A DNA stretch of 63,011 bases, the filler included. It is 7 parts of 7 records of this genome, joined end to end, with 100 filler letters (N's around TTAATTAATTAA, not from the genome) between each part and the next. Parts side by side here need not be neighbours in the genome. Positions count along the whole stretch, not along the records: positions 41,188 to 49,429 come from DRR723986_7072; positions 49,530 to 57,669 come from DRR723986_7073; 5 more parts are not named here. One strand, given 5' to 3'. Every line of letters starts with the position of its first letter. The stretch's first letter is position 1. This document shows positions 41,777 to 52,153 of this stretch, piece by piece. Made by a program: the position numbers and the translations under genes. The notes below the pieces were generated by a model. The model was not told the DNA's origin and did no database searches. It worked only from the letters and a program-made list of their open reading frames with translations.

Positions 41777-44125
41777 TCAGCCGTTGTAATAGGGTGATGC
41801 GGTCGTCAACTGGAACTGGCCGCGCCGGATCTTCTCGATTTCGCCGCTGTCCAGAACGCTACCGAAGGCAAGGATCGCCTGTTCACGGCTGACCGTGTTG
41901 CCCGGAATGTTCTGAAGCATCCGGATCACGTCAGACCGGCCGAACACAGACTGTCCCGGTTGAGCGGCGAGATACCCGCAAGCGGCGGACGCCACGTCGT
42001 TCATATCGTCGATGTCCTGCTCTTCCAGGAAGGTCTCGAAGCTCCGCTCGGGCTCGGGCGGATTGTCCTGTGGCGTGGGCACAGCGGCCACTTGATCCTG
42101 CGCAGCCAGCGTCAGCGGGGGTCTTTGGTCTTCGTCGTGATCGTCTTGCAGGTCACGGGCAAGTGCGGTGTTGCCACGGGCAATACGGCGCGGACGGACA
42201 ACGCTGGCGCGGGGGCCGGGCTGGTTGTCGCCTTCGTCCACGCGCTGTTCCGACACCAGCACAAGCGGTGTCTGGCGCGGCTGTTCATTGGCGGGCCGGT
42301 CGGACCTGCGGCGGCCATTGTTCTGAACCCGGCGTGGGCGCATGACCTGCGCCAGATCCTCGCGATACTGTGCGGTGTCGTCGCGCGGCTCTTGCGGGCC
42401 GGTCAGCTGTTCCTCGGCGGCACGGGCCGCAACCGCAGCCTTGAGATGCTCGATATTGGCGCGACGGCGGGTGTTCTCATCCGTCGACAAGCGGCTGTCG
42501 GTGGCATCGAACAGGCGGCTGACATTGGCCTCGGCCACGTCGTTGCCGTTCATATGCTGACGGCGTGCTTCGCGTTCGGCGCGGCGGGCTTCGCGTTCGG
42601 ATTCGATCTGCGCAAGTTCGCGCTGCAATTCGGCCTCTGCATCAGGGGCCAGCGTGGAATCTTCTTCCGGTTCCGCGGTGGCAGGCTCTGCCGGGGCTGC
42701 CTCGGCCAGCGCGTCGGGGGTGCGGCCACGGATCACCCAGACACGCGGCGAGCGGGCCGGGGATGCCTCGGCCGGAGGTGTGGCTGGTGCCTCGGTGCCC
42801 GTGTCCGAAGCCGGGGCTTCGGGGGCATCTGCCCGATCTGCGATGGCGGCGGTCTGAGGTTCGGTCACGGCCTGCGGGGCGGCGCTTTCTGCCGCGTCAG
42901 CGGCCGGACCATCGGAAAAAGGGTCGCTTCCGTCCTCGTCCTCGCTGTATCCGGTGGCAGGGGCGGCGTCTTCGTCTTCTTCCTGCGCCACGACACGGCG
43001 AATGCGGGCCAGCTTGGCGGCCACGCTGTCCGGGTCGGGATAGCTGTCTTCTGCGGGCTGTTCAGCGGCGTCTTGAACGGCTTCGGCAACATCCTCAGCT
43101 GCGTCTTCTGCCTGCTCGGCAAGATCCGCAACCGTGTCCTCGACCTGCTCGGACATCTCATTGACCGAGGTTTCGACGGCATCTGCGGCGTCTTCGATCT
43201 GGTCAGCAGCCGCATCGGCGGTGCCTGCCAGCGCCGCGGCGATGCTTGCGGCTGCATCTTCTGCTTCTTCGGCGATCTGAGAGACGGCGTCCGGGGCGTC
43301 TGCGCTGTCATCTTCGGTGTCGGCATCCGACAGCGATGCCATGGCGTGCATCACGGCAGACAGCGTGTCTTCGCCGGCCTGGCCGGCAGTATCGTCGGTT
43401 TCGGCAGCCGGGTCCGATGCCTCGTCTTCCGCAGCATCCACCGGGTCCGCCATGGCGGCGGCCAGCGCGGCACCTGCAAGGGCAGCGGCAGCGGCAATCG
43501 AATCGCTGCGGCCTTCGCCGACAGGCGCGTCTTGCGCAGCCTCGGCCTCGGCTTCGTCTGTCAGGTCAGCCGAGACATCTTCTTCGGGCGCGGCGTCTTC
43601 TTCGATCGATTCAGCAGCGTCCTCTTCAGAAGGCGCGGCGGCATCGACGGTGTCATCTTCACCTGCCTCGGCCTCTTGCGTCAGCGGGGTGACGTCGTCC
43701 CCGGTGCCTTGATCTTCGGCGTCGGCCTCCTGCGGCGCGGCGATATCTGATGCATCCACGTGATCCTCTACCGCGTCCTCTACATCCGTCAGGTCGGCAA
43801 CGGCGTGCGGTGCGGCGGCTTCGGTCACGTCGCCTGCATCCAGCGGTTCCGCGTCATCGGCGCTGTGATAGTTGGATGGGCGCAGCAGCAGGCCGCTTTC
43901 CATGATCCGCGCATCGACGCGAGCCTGGATGGCGTCCTCGGTGATCCGATGAAGCATTTCGGTGTCGGGTGTCGGGGGCTCCGCCCCGAAGAACCGGTCC
44001 CCGGCTGCAAGGTCACGGAAGTATTCAGCAATGGCCTTCATCGCCTCGAATGGATTATCGAACCCTTCCAAGGTGCAAGAAAATGTCCCGTAGGAGACCG
44101 TAAGGATTTTGTTTTCGTCGCTCAT
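41777..44125 (-). CDS. Large acidic, largely disordered hypothetical protein
   Basis: 782-aa ORF with an ordered N-terminus ('[17 protein letters not shown]'), A/D/E/P-rich middle, helical segment and wHTH-like C-terminus. Confidence 0.8.
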   Translation of the reverse strand: MSDENKILTVSYGTFSCTLEGFDNPFEAMKAIAEYFRDLAAGDRFFGAEPPTPDTEMLHRITEDAIQARVDARIMESGLLLRPSNYHSADDAEPLDAGDVTEAAAPHAVADLTDVEDAVEDHVDASDIAAPQEADAEDQGTGDDVTPLTQEAEAGEDDTVDAAAPSEEDAAESIEEDAAPEEDVSADLTDEAEAEAAQDAPVGEGRSDSIAAAAALAGAALAAAMADPVDAAEDEASDPAAETDDTAGQAGEDTLSAVMHAMASLSDADTEDDSADAPDAVSQIAEEAEDAAASIAAALAGTADAAADQIEDAADAVETSVNEMSEQVEDTVADLAEQAEDAAEDVAEAVQDAAEQPAEDSYPDPDSVAAKLARIRRVVAQEEDEDAAPATGYSEDEDGSDPFSDGPAADAAESAAPQAVTEPQTAAIADRADAPEAPASDTGTEAPATPPAEASPARSPRVWVIRGRTPDALAEAAPAEPATAEPEEDSTLAPDAEAELQRELAQIESEREARRAEREARRQHMNGNDVAEANVSRLFDATDSRLSTDENTRRRANIEHLKAAVAARAAEEQLTGPQEPRDDTAQYREDLAQVMRPRRVQNNGRRRSDRPANEQPRQTPLVLVSEQRVDEGDNQPGPRASVVRPRRIARGNTALARDLQDDHDEDQRPPLTLAAQDQVAAVPTPQDNPPEPERSFETFLEEQDIDDMNDVASAACGYLAAQPGQSVFGRSDVIRMLQNIPGNTVSREQAILAFGSVLDSGEIEKIRRGQFQLTTASPYYNG

Positions 44126-44228
44126 GGCTCAATCTCTGCTCGTCCGGGTTCGGCCCCGGAATTTACCATCTTGAGAAAAGATGTAACAAACCTATTCCAG
44201 CCAAAGGGGACGGCATTGGGGCTATTCA

Positions 44229-44924
44229 GTGATTTCTGACAGCAAAAAAGGCGAGAATTTGCCGAGTGCATCTGGGGCCTTCCGATATGACACTTTGGTG
44301 ACAATATTGGGCGCGGGTGACGTTTTCCCAAACGATCTTGCCGATTCCTTGTGCAAAGCGCCAGTGTTGGTGGCCGCTGACGGCGGCGCGGACCGGGCGC
44401 TTGACCTGGGTCACAAGCCGGATCTGGTGATTGGCGATTTCGACTCGCTTTCTGCGCGGGCGCGCAGGGAACTGCCCCCGGAGGCGCTTGTTCACGTGGC
44501 CGAGCAGGACAGCACCGACTTTGAAAAGGCCCTGTCCCGAATCGATGCCCCCGGCATTCTGGCTCTCGGGATGACCGGACGCAGGACTGATCACGAACTG
44601 GCGGCATGGCACAGCCTGATGCGCTGCCGAGTGCCGCGCTGCATCGTGGTGGCCGAAGAGGATATCGTCTTCCTATGCCCGGATCACCTGAACATGACCC
44701 TGCCGGTCGGTACGCGGGTGTCGCTGTTTCCAATGGGCCCGGTGCGCGGCACGTCGGTCGGGTTGCACTGGCCGATTGACGGGCTTGATTTCGCCCCGGG
44801 GCGCACAATCGGAACCTCGAACAGGGTTGCGGCGGCGCAGGTCCAGATAAAGGTTGATCGGCCCGCCATGCTGGTGATCCTTCCCAAGACGCATCTGTCT
44901 GCAGCGGTTTCAGCGCTGTTTTGA
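44229..44924 (+). CDS. thiN: Thiamine diphosphokinase
   Basis: 'AADGGA', 'IGDFDS', 'QDSTDFEKAL', 'GRRTDH', 'GLHWP', 'GTSN'. Confidence 0.9.
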   Translation: MISDSKKGENLPSASGAFRYDTLVTILGAGDVFPNDLADSLCKAPVLVAADGGADRALDLGHKPDLVIGDFDSLSARARRELPPEALVHVAEQDSTDFEKALSRIDAPGILALGMTGRRTDHELAAWHSLMRCRVPRCIVVAEEDIVFLCPDHLNMTLPVGTRVSLFPMGPVRGTSVGLHWPIDGLDFAPGRTIGTSNRVAAAQVQIKVDRPAMLVILPKTHLSAAVSALF

Positions 44925-44995
44925 GGGGTTTTTCCCTCGCACCGTGCGCATGGCTTGTGTAATAGCCTTCTGACGGAACCAAAACGGGCAAGCCT

Positions 44996-45784
44996 ATGAC
45001 CGCAGAGCTCTCTCCCATAGACAAAGCCAAGTTCGTGGCCGCCAAGCGGGCGGTGGATTATGTCGAGGACGGCATGCGGGTGGGGCTTGGCACCGGATCG
45101 ACCGCCGCCTGGATGGTCCGCTGCCTGGGCGAGCTTGTCCGCGAAGAGGGTATCAAGGTGACGGGTGTCGCCACTTCGACCCGCACCGCCGATCTGGCCC
45201 GGCAGGTTGGAGTGCCCATTTCCACCCTCGATGAGGTCAAGTGGCTGGACCTGACCATTGACGGCGCCGACGAATACGACCCGAACCTGAACCTGATCAA
45301 GGGCGGCGGCGGGGCACTGTTGCAGGAAAAGATCGTTGCGACCGCATCCGACCAGATGATCGTCATCGCAGACGCGACCAAGCAGGTGGAAACGCTCGGT
45401 GCCTTTCCGTTGCCGGTGGAAGTGATTCCGTTCGGCTGGCAAACCTCGAAGGTGCTGATCGAGGAAATGCTGGATAATCTCGATGTGTTGGGAACCAATA
45501 CATCGCTGCGTCTGGCCAATGATCAGCCATTCCGCACGGATGAAGGCAACTTGATCCTAGACCTGCATTTGCGCCATATTCCCAACCCCCATCAGCTCAG
45601 CCTGGTGCTGAACCAGATCCCCGGCGTGGTGGAAAACGGCCTGTTCCTCGACATCTGCGATATCGTCATTATCGGTGCGGGCGATGGCAGCGTCGAGGTG
45701 CGCGACATCAACAACGGCACCGTCGAACACGAGCAGATAGACATCATCGACACCGATAATCTGTTCGTGGACATCTCGGATTGA
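44996..45784 (+). CDS. rpiA: Ribose-5-phosphate isomerase A
   Basis: 'GLGTGST', 'DGADE', 'IKGGGGALLQEK', 'PGVVENGLF'. Confidence 0.97.
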   Translation: MTAELSPIDKAKFVAAKRAVDYVEDGMRVGLGTGSTAAWMVRCLGELVREEGIKVTGVATSTRTADLARQVGVPISTLDEVKWLDLTIDGADEYDPNLNLIKGGGGALLQEKIVATASDQMIVIADATKQVETLGAFPLPVEVIPFGWQTSKVLIEEMLDNLDVLGTNTSLRLANDQPFRTDEGNLILDLHLRHIPNPHQLSLVLNQIPGVVENGLFLDICDIVIIGAGDGSVEVRDINNGTVEHEQIDIIDTDNLFVDISD

Positions 45785-45875
45785 TGCAGATGGGCCTGTG
45801 CACTGATGCATGTGGCTCTTCCCCCCACCAGCCCCTAGTTGCGGCGTCCAACATATAGCGATTGAGGAGCAGGCC

Positions 45876-47234
45876 ATGAGCCAGTTTGATTATGATCTTT
45901 TCGTCATCGGCGGTGGTTCAGGCGGGGTGCGCGCAGGCCGGATCGCGGCGGAACATGGCGCGCGGGTCGGACTGGCCGAGGAATACCGCATGGGCGGCAC
46001 CTGCGTCATTCGCGGCTGTGTGCCGAAAAAGCTGATGGTCTATGCGTCGGGCTATCCCGGTCAGGTCCATGACGCGGCGGCCTATGGCTGGGATGCCGAG
46101 GTGCATGGCTTTGACTGGACCAAGTTCCGCCGCAAGCTGGACGCTGAACTCGATCGGCTGGAAGCGGCCTATCGCGGCAATCTGGATCGCTCCGGCGTGG
46201 TTACTCATAATGCCCGCGCAACGCTCAAGGACGCCCACACGGTCGAGCTGTCCGATGGTCAGAACTTCACCGCCGCACATATTCTGGTTGCCACCGGCGG
46301 CTGGCCGTTCGTGCCGGATTTCCCGGGGTCCGATCTGGTTATGACATCGAACGAGGTGTTCAAGCTGGACCAGCAGCCGGAAAGCATCCTGATCGTTGGC
46401 GGCGGGTACATCGCGTGCGAATTTGCAGGTATCTTCAATGGTCTGGGCACCGAGGTGACGCAGTTCTATCGCGGTGCGCAGGTGCTGCGCGGCTTCGATG
46501 ACGAGGCGCGGGGCCATGTCGCCGATGCCATGCAGGCGCGCGGGATCGAACTGCATCTGGGCACCAACGTGATGGAGATGAAGCAGGTTGACGACGGGAT
46601 CTGGGTCAAGGCCTCCAACGGGATGGAACAGGTTTTTGAAAAGGTGCTCTATGCCACCGGCCGCAAGCCCAACAGCGCCGGTCTTGGTCTGGAAGAGATT
46701 GGCGTCGAGATGGGCCGCAATGGCGAGATCAAGGTTGACGATTACAGCCAGACCAACATCCCCTCGATCTTCGCCGTGGGCGATGTGACAGACCGCGTCA
46801 ACCTGACGCCGGTGGCGATCCGCGAAGGTCACGCCTTTGCCGACACCGTCTTTGGTGGCACCCCGCGCAAGGCCGATCACGACCTGATCCCCTCTGCCGT
46901 CTTTACGCAGCCGGAACTTGGCACCGTGGGGCTGACCGAAGAACAGGCGCGCGACGAAGGGCCGATCGAGGTCTATTGTGCCTCCTTCCGTCCCATGCAG
47001 GCGTTGTTCGCCGGACATGAGGAAAGGGTGCTGATGAAACTGATCGTCTGTGCCGATACACGCAAGGTTCTGGGGGTGCATCTGGTGGGTGACCACGCGG
47101 GCGAACTGATCCAGCTTGCGGGTGTTTCCGTGAAGATGGGGGCCACGAAAGAGGACTTCGACCGGACCATGGCGGTGCACCCGACCATGGCCGAGGAACT
47201 GGTGACAATGAAAACACCTGTGCGCACGGCTTGA
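45876..47234 (+). CDS. gor: Glutathione-disulfide reductase
   Basis: 'GGGSGG', 'GGTCVIRGCVPKK', 'GGGYIACE', 'HPTMAEE'. Confidence 0.95.
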   Translation: MSQFDYDLFVIGGGSGGVRAGRIAAEHGARVGLAEEYRMGGTCVIRGCVPKKLMVYASGYPGQVHDAAAYGWDAEVHGFDWTKFRRKLDAELDRLEAAYRGNLDRSGVVTHNARATLKDAHTVELSDGQNFTAAHILVATGGWPFVPDFPGSDLVMTSNEVFKLDQQPESILIVGGGYIACEFAGIFNGLGTEVTQFYRGAQVLRGFDDEARGHVADAMQARGIELHLGTNVMEMKQVDDGIWVKASNGMEQVFEKVLYATGRKPNSAGLGLEEIGVEMGRNGEIKVDDYSQTNIPSIFAVGDVTDRVNLTPVAIREGHAFADTVFGGTPRKADHDLIPSAVFTQPELGTVGLTEEQARDEGPIEVYCASFRPMQALFAGHEERVLMKLIVCADTRKVLGVHLVGDHAGELIQLAGVSVKMGATKEDFDRTMAVHPTMAEELVTMKTPVRTA

Positions 47235-47323
47235 TTTTCCGGGCCAAGGGGCACAGGTAGCGTAGGGAACAAGGTGCGCCTTCCGGGGCGTGCCTTATGG
47301 AACAACAAGGGGTAGAAACCGGC

Positions 47324-48445
47324 ATGGCTGGAAATTCTGGCGGACCCTGGGGCGGCGGTGGCGGCTCCGGTGGCGGAGGAAACAGGGGAAATGATGATGA
47401 CAATCGCGGCGGGCGACGCCCGGGCGAAGGTCAGCAGATCCCCGAGATTGACGAGATTGTCCGCAAGGGCCAGGAACAGCTGCGCGTCCTGATGGGCGGC
47501 CGTGGCGGTGGCAGCGGCGGTTCCGGCGGCGGTGAAGGTCCGCAGTTCGGACGCGGCACGGTCGTGATCGGCCTTGTCGCGGCAGCGGCGCTTTGGGCCT
47601 ATGCCTCGGTCTACACGGTCGCGCCCGAAGAACGCTCGGTCGAGCTGTTCCTGGGCGAGCGCTTCGCGGTGCGTGATCCGGGTCTGAACTTCGCCCCTTG
47701 GCCGCTGGTCCGGGCCGAGATCGTCGAAGTCACCACCAACCGGACGGAATCCATCGGGATCGCCCGCTCGGGCGGCGGGGACACCGGCTTGATGCTGACC
47801 ACGGACGAAAACATCGTCGATATCGACTTCGAAGTGGTCTGGAACATTTCCAACCCGGAAGATTACCTGTTCAACCTCGCGGAACCGGAAGCCACCGTGC
47901 GCGCCGTGTCCGAGGCCGCCATGCGCGAGATCATCGCCGCATCGCAACTGGCCCCGATCCTGAACCGCGACCGTCAGATCATTGCCGATACCGTGCAGCA
48001 GCTGATCCAGGACACGCTCAACAGCTACGAATCCGGCATCAACGTGGTGCGTCTCAACCTCGACCGCGCCGACCCGCCGGTTGAGGTGATCGACGCCTTC
48101 CGCGATGTTCAGGCCGCCGAGCAGGAACGTGACCGGCTGGAACGTCAGGCCGACGCCTATGCCAACCAGGTTCTGGCTGGCGCGCGTGGTGAAGCCGCAC
48201 AGCTTCTGGAAGAATCGGAAGGTTACCGCGCCCGCGTGGTGAACGAAGCAGAAGGTGAAGCCAGCCGTTTTTCCGCCGTTCTGGAGGAATATCTGGTGGC
48301 ACCCGACGTGACCCGGACGCGTCTGTATCTGGAAACGATGGAACGGGTGCTTGGCGGGATGGAAACAATCATCCTCGACACCGACTCGACCGGTGGCGTG
48401 GTGCCGTACTTGCCGCTTAACGAACTTCGGAACCGGGGGAACTGA
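47324..48445 (+). CDS. hflK: FtsH modulator HflK
   Basis: 'GPWGG' N-terminus, 'MLTTDENIVD', 'APDVTRTRLYLETME', 'VPYLPL'. Confidence 0.95.
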   Translation: MAGNSGGPWGGGGGSGGGGNRGNDDDNRGGRRPGEGQQIPEIDEIVRKGQEQLRVLMGGRGGGSGGSGGGEGPQFGRGTVVIGLVAAAALWAYASVYTVAPEERSVELFLGERFAVRDPGLNFAPWPLVRAEIVEVTTNRTESIGIARSGGGDTGLMLTTDENIVDIDFEVVWNISNPEDYLFNLAEPEATVRAVSEAAMREIIAASQLAPILNRDRQIIADTVQQLIQDTLNSYESGINVVRLNLDRADPPVEVIDAFRDVQAAEQERDRLERQADAYANQVLAGARGEAAQLLEESEGYRARVVNEAEGEASRFSAVLEEYLVAPDVTRTRLYLETMERVLGGMETIILDTDSTGGVVPYLPLNELRNRGN

Positions 48446-48448
48446 TCC

Positions 48449-49354
48449 ATGCGCAAGGCAACCTTCATTATCCCCGCAATCGTGATCGTTTTGGCGATCA
48501 TCATGAGTTCTGTCTTCATCGTCGATGAACGTCAGCGGGCGCTTGTGCTGCGCTTTGGCGACATCCGCAGCGAGATCGAGGAACCGGGCCTGAACTTCCG
48601 CATCCCGATCTTCGAGCAGGTGGTGCTGTATGACAGCCGCATCCAGTCGCTGGACACCGCGCCGATCGAGGTCACGCCCTCGGATGACCGTCGTCTGGTC
48701 GTCGACGCCTTCGCCCGCTACCGCATCATCGACACCCGCCAGTTCCGTCTGGCCGTCGGCGGTGGTGGTCTGCGCGAGGCGGACCGGCTGCTGGAAGACA
48801 TCCTGAACCCGCAGATCCGTGCGGTTCTGGGTGCCGATGGCGTCACCTCGAACACCATCCTGTCCTCGGACCGGGCCGAACTGATGCAGCGCATCACGCT
48901 CCAGGCGCGCGCGCTGGCCGAACCGCTCGGCCTTGACGTGCTGGACGTGCGGCTGAAACAGACGGCGCTGCCGTTGCAGAACCTCGAAGCCACCTTCGCC
49001 CGGATGCGGGCGGAACGGGAACGCGAAGCCACTGACGAACGCGCCCGTGGTGAAGAAGCCGCGCAGCGGGTTCGGGCACAGGCCGACCGGACCGTGGTCG
49101 AACTGGTGTCAGACGCCAACCGCGAAGCCGAGATCATTCGCGGTGAAGCCGATGCCGAGCGGAACCGGATCTTCGCCGAAGCCTTTGGCCAGGACCCGGA
49201 TTTCTTCGAATTCTACCGCTCGATGACCGCCTATGAGCGGGCGCTGACCGGCCAGAATTCGTCGATGGTTCTAAGCCCCGACAGCGCGTTCTTCGACTTC
49301 TTCGCGCAGCCCGGCGGACGTGCCCCTGTGGCGGTGCCCGCACCGGTGGAGTAA
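48449..49354 (+). CDS. hflC: FtsH modulator HflC
   Basis: SPFH domain, 'RMRAERE', 'RGEADA', 'FFEFYRSM.AY'. Confidence 0.95.
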   Translation: MRKATFIIPAIVIVLAIIMSSVFIVDERQRALVLRFGDIRSEIEEPGLNFRIPIFEQVVLYDSRIQSLDTAPIEVTPSDDRRLVVDAFARYRIIDTRQFRLAVGGGGLREADRLLEDILNPQIRAVLGADGVTSNTILSSDRAELMQRITLQARALAEPLGLDVLDVRLKQTALPLQNLEATFARMRAEREREATDERARGEEAAQRVRAQADRTVVELVSDANREAEIIRGEADAERNRIFAEAFGQDPDFFEFYRSMTAYERALTGQNSSMVLSPDSAFFDFFAQPGGRAPVAVPAPVE

Positions 49355-49357
49355 GCC

Positions 49358-49429
49358 ATGATCCAGACGATCCTCTGGGGGCTCGGACTGGTGCTTGTGA
49401 TCGAGGGGCTGGCCTATGCGCTGGCCCCT
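49358..49429 (+). CDS. DUF2065 family protein (5' part)
   Basis: 'MIQTILWGLGLVLVIEGLAYALAP' immediately after hflC. Confidence 0.8.
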
Positions 49430-49529
49430 NNNNNNNNNNNNNNNNNNNNNNNNNNNNNNNNNNNNNNNNNNNNTTAATTAATTAANNNNNNNNNNNNNNN
49501 NNNNNNNNNNNNNNNNNNNNNNNNNNNNN
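49430..49529. other. Artificial contig linker
   Basis: N44-TTAATTAATTAA-N44. Confidence 0.98.
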
Positions 49530-49607
49530 GAGAAGGTCATCATCAACATCAAGACCTTCATGGACGGACACCGCCCGCCGGATCGTGTTCTGCCGTCGAT
49601 GCTTTGA
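49530..49607 (+). CDS. C-terminus of a 2-hydroxyacid (D-glycerate/glyoxylate) dehydrogenase
   Basis: Manual translation EKVIINIKTFMDGHRPPDRVLPSML*. Confidence 0.7.
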   Translation, partial: EKVIINIKTFMDGHRPPDRVLPSML

Positions 49608-49628
49608 CCCGTTTGCGAGTCTCATGTC

Positions 49629-50522
49629 TTGGCTGATCGTTTCATCGGCAGCGCGGTTGCCGTGCCGGCCAGTCTCGACTGGCTGAGGGCGACCGAAACC
49701 GGCCGTATCTGGCTCGACAAGCTGCCGGTGCTGCTTGAAACCGCGTGCGAACACTTCGGACTTTCAGAAATTGGGAGCCCGTTTTCTGGCGGTAATGTAT
49801 CTCTCGTCGTTCCGGCAAGGCACGACGGTGAGGATGTTGTCCTCAAACTGCAGTTTCCCGATCACGAATGCCGCCACGAAGCCGAGGCACTGGGGCGCTG
49901 GAACGGCAAGGGTGCTGTTCGGCTTTTGAAGCATGCGCCGGAACTGGGTGCACTGCTGCTGGAGCGCTGCAGGCCGGGACAGTTTCTGGCCGACGACACC
50001 GAAACGGACCGGATTGGCGTTGTTGCAGGGTTGCTGCGTCTCCTGACAATCCCCGCCGGTGACCCGTTTACCCGCCTCAACGATGAAGCCGCACGGTGGC
50101 GGGATAGCCTCGACCATAGCTGGATGGCTGCCGGGAAGCCTTGCGAGCAATATCTCGTGGACGCTACGCGCAAGGCCTTGCAGGACCTTTGTCTTGAAAA
50201 AGAGACGGAAGAGGTCCTGCTCCACCAGGACCTGCACGGACACAACATTCTGTCCTCTGAAAGAGATACCTGGCTTGCCATCGACCCGAAGCCTCTCGCC
50301 GGCGATCCTGCCTTTGCGCTAAGCCCGATCGTCAGGAGCTTCGAATTCGGACATTCGAAAGCCGAAGCGCGTTACCGCCTGGACCGACTGTCGGAAGAAC
50401 TGGAGCTTGACCGGGAGCGGGCAAGATATTGGACCATCGGCCAGACCATGGCCTGGGCATTCAGCAGCAGCTATGCGGAGCGACACTTTGAAACAGTGCG
50501 CTGGTTGCTGGCGGACAATTGA
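49629..50522 (+). CDS. Aminoglycoside/hydroxyurea phosphotransferase family (APH(6)-like) kinase
   Basis: 'VVLKL', 'EAEAL..WNG.GAVRLL', 'LLHQDLH..NIL', 'WLAIDPKPLAGDPAF'. Confidence 0.88.
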   Translation: MADRFIGSAVAVPASLDWLRATETGRIWLDKLPVLLETACEHFGLSEIGSPFSGGNVSLVVPARHDGEDVVLKLQFPDHECRHEAEALGRWNGKGAVRLLKHAPELGALLLERCRPGQFLADDTETDRIGVVAGLLRLLTIPAGDPFTRLNDEAARWRDSLDHSWMAAGKPCEQYLVDATRKALQDLCLEKETEEVLLHQDLHGHNILSSERDTWLAIDPKPLAGDPAFALSPIVRSFEFGHSKAEARYRLDRLSEELELDRERARYWTIGQTMAWAFSSSYAERHFETVRWLLADN

Positions 50523-50555
50523 TCCACCAAATCCGTTTAAGAGGTCTTTCGAGCC

Positions 50556-51269
50556 TCAGCCGTTGTATTTTGACCAGATCGCACTGTCGCCCATGCCTTC
50601 GATGAAGGCCTTGTGGGCTTCAAGTTCGCTTTCCTGCAGCAGGCGCTGCAACGGCGAGGGACGCTGGCGGGCGTTAAAGGTGCCGAGTTCGCCAGGTTCG
50701 AAGCTGGAGCCTGCAGAAGAGGTTTCTTCCTCGTCCGTCAGCAGGCCAAGGGCCGTCTGGCGGCCGCCGATAAGCTCCAGATAGACTTCAGCCAGGATTT
50801 CCGCATCCAGAAGAGCGCCGTGCTTGATGCGCTTGGAGTTGTCGATGCCATAGCGAGAGCACAGCGCATCCAGCGAATTCGGCCCTGATGGGTGCTTGCG
50901 GCGGGCAAGATCCAGAGTATCGAGCACCTGGGTATTCGGAATTGTGCGCCGTCCGGCCCGTTCCAGCTCCATGTTGATGAAGCCCATGTCGAAAGCCGCG
51001 TTGTGGATCACCAGCGTGGCATCGCCAACGAACTCCAGAAACTCATCCGCAACGTGCTCGAACAAGGGCTTGTCGGACAGGAACTCCGCCGACAGGCCAT
51101 GAACCCGGAAAGCTTCCTCCGGCATGTCGCGCAGCGGGTTGATGTAGACGTGATAGGAATTGCCCGTCGCGATGTGGTTGATCAACTCCACACCGCCGAT
51201 TTCCACCAGCCGATCGCCTCCGCGCGGGTTCAGGCCTGTTGTTTCCGTATCGAACGAGATCTCGCGCAT
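50556..51269 (-). CDS. dnaQ: DNA polymerase III epsilon
   Basis: 'FDTETTG', 'HNAAFD', 'HGALLDAEILAEVY', 'GGRQ'. Confidence 0.97.
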   Translation of the reverse strand: MREISFDTETTGLNPRGGDRLVEIGGVELINHIATGNSYHVYINPLRDMPEEAFRVHGLSAEFLSDKPLFEHVADEFLEFVGDATLVIHNAAFDMGFINMELERAGRRTIPNTQVLDTLDLARRKHPSGPNSLDALCSRYGIDNSKRIKHGALLDAEILAEVYLELIGGRQTALGLLTDEEETSSAGSSFEPGELGTFNARQRPSPLQRLLQESELEAHKAFIEGMGDSAIWSKYNG

Positions 51270-51408
51270 TTTTCCGCCTTTTGCCTATGGATTCACTGTG
51301 CAGCTTGCAGGGGGAGTGGCAAGAGTTGCGCACGGTTTTCCCCGGTGTTCTGGGGTTTTTCGGTTCTGGGGTTTGATCCCGATGCCCCAGCGCCCGTTCC
51401 GTCCAACA

Positions 51409-51520
51409 CTTCATTCAGAGGAGCTCGGCATTGCCGGGTGTCTCGAAGGATGGGTCACTGGTTTCGGAGTATGCCGCCCATCCTTCGAGACGGGCCTTAC
51501 AGGCCCTCCTCAGGATGAGG
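51409..51520. repeat. Nested palindromic intergenic repeat (REP/MITE-like)
   Basis: Outer arms CTTCATTCAGAGGAG / CTCCTCAGGATGAGG. Perfect 15-bp inner IR GTCTCGAAGGATGGG (51440-51454) / CCCATCCTTCGAGAC (51477-51491). Confidence 0.8.
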
Positions 51521-51565
51521 ATGAATTTTGGATAAAGGGTAGCTGAATTAGCGGAAAAACAGACT

Positions 51566-52153
51566 TCACCCTGCCGCGGCCAATGCCTTCAGGATCGCCT
51601 GGACCTGGCGTTTTGCCGGCTCCACGCCCTTGCCCGTGTCGACCAGAAAATGCGCACGGCGGCGTTTTTCTGCGTCAGGCATCTGCTTGGCGAGGATCGC
51701 CTCGAACCTGTCTTCGCTCATGCCCGGCCGGGCGAGGACACGGTCTCGCTGAACGTCTGCATCGGCGGTGACAACAACGACGACATCCACGCGGGCCGCA
51801 CCGCCGGTTTCGAACAGCAGCGGAATATCCAGCATGACGATGCGCCGATGGTCTGCGCGGGCACGCTTCAGAAAGAGCTGCTCTTCCTCACGCACCAGGG
51901 GATGAACGATGGCTTCGAGCTTTTTCATGGCCTCGGGCTTGCCGAGCACATGCGGAGAGAGCAGCGTACGGTCGACCTTGCCGTCCGACACCGTGCCGGG
52001 AAACGCCGCCTCGATCAGCGGCGCGGCCCGGCCCGAATAGAGCGCGTGAACCGTGGCATCGGCGTCGTGCACGGGAACACCTTCAGCGGCGAACATTTTT
52101 GCCGTTGTCGATTTGCCCATGCCGATGGAGCCGGTAAGGCCGATCCGGATCAC
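51566..52153 (-). CDS. coaE: Dephospho-CoA kinase
   Basis: '[13 protein letters not shown]', 'IVHPLV', 'DIPLLFE'. Confidence 0.96.
   Translation of the reverse strand: MIRIGLTGSIGMGKSTTAKMFAAEGVPVHDADATVHALYSGRAAPLIEAAFPGTVSDGKVDRTLLSPHVLGKPEAMKKLEAIVHPLVREEEQLFLKRARADHRRIVMLDIPLLFETGGAARVDVVVVVTADADVQRDRVLARPGMSEDRFEAILAKQMPDAEKRRRAHFLVDTGKGVEPAKRQVQAILKALAAAG

Noticed and set aside
41960..43750. 596-aa plus-strand ORF
   Set aside because: Antisense of the low-complexity acidic gene
45918..47947. 420- and 324-aa minus-strand ORFs
   Set aside because: Antisense shadows of gor and hflK
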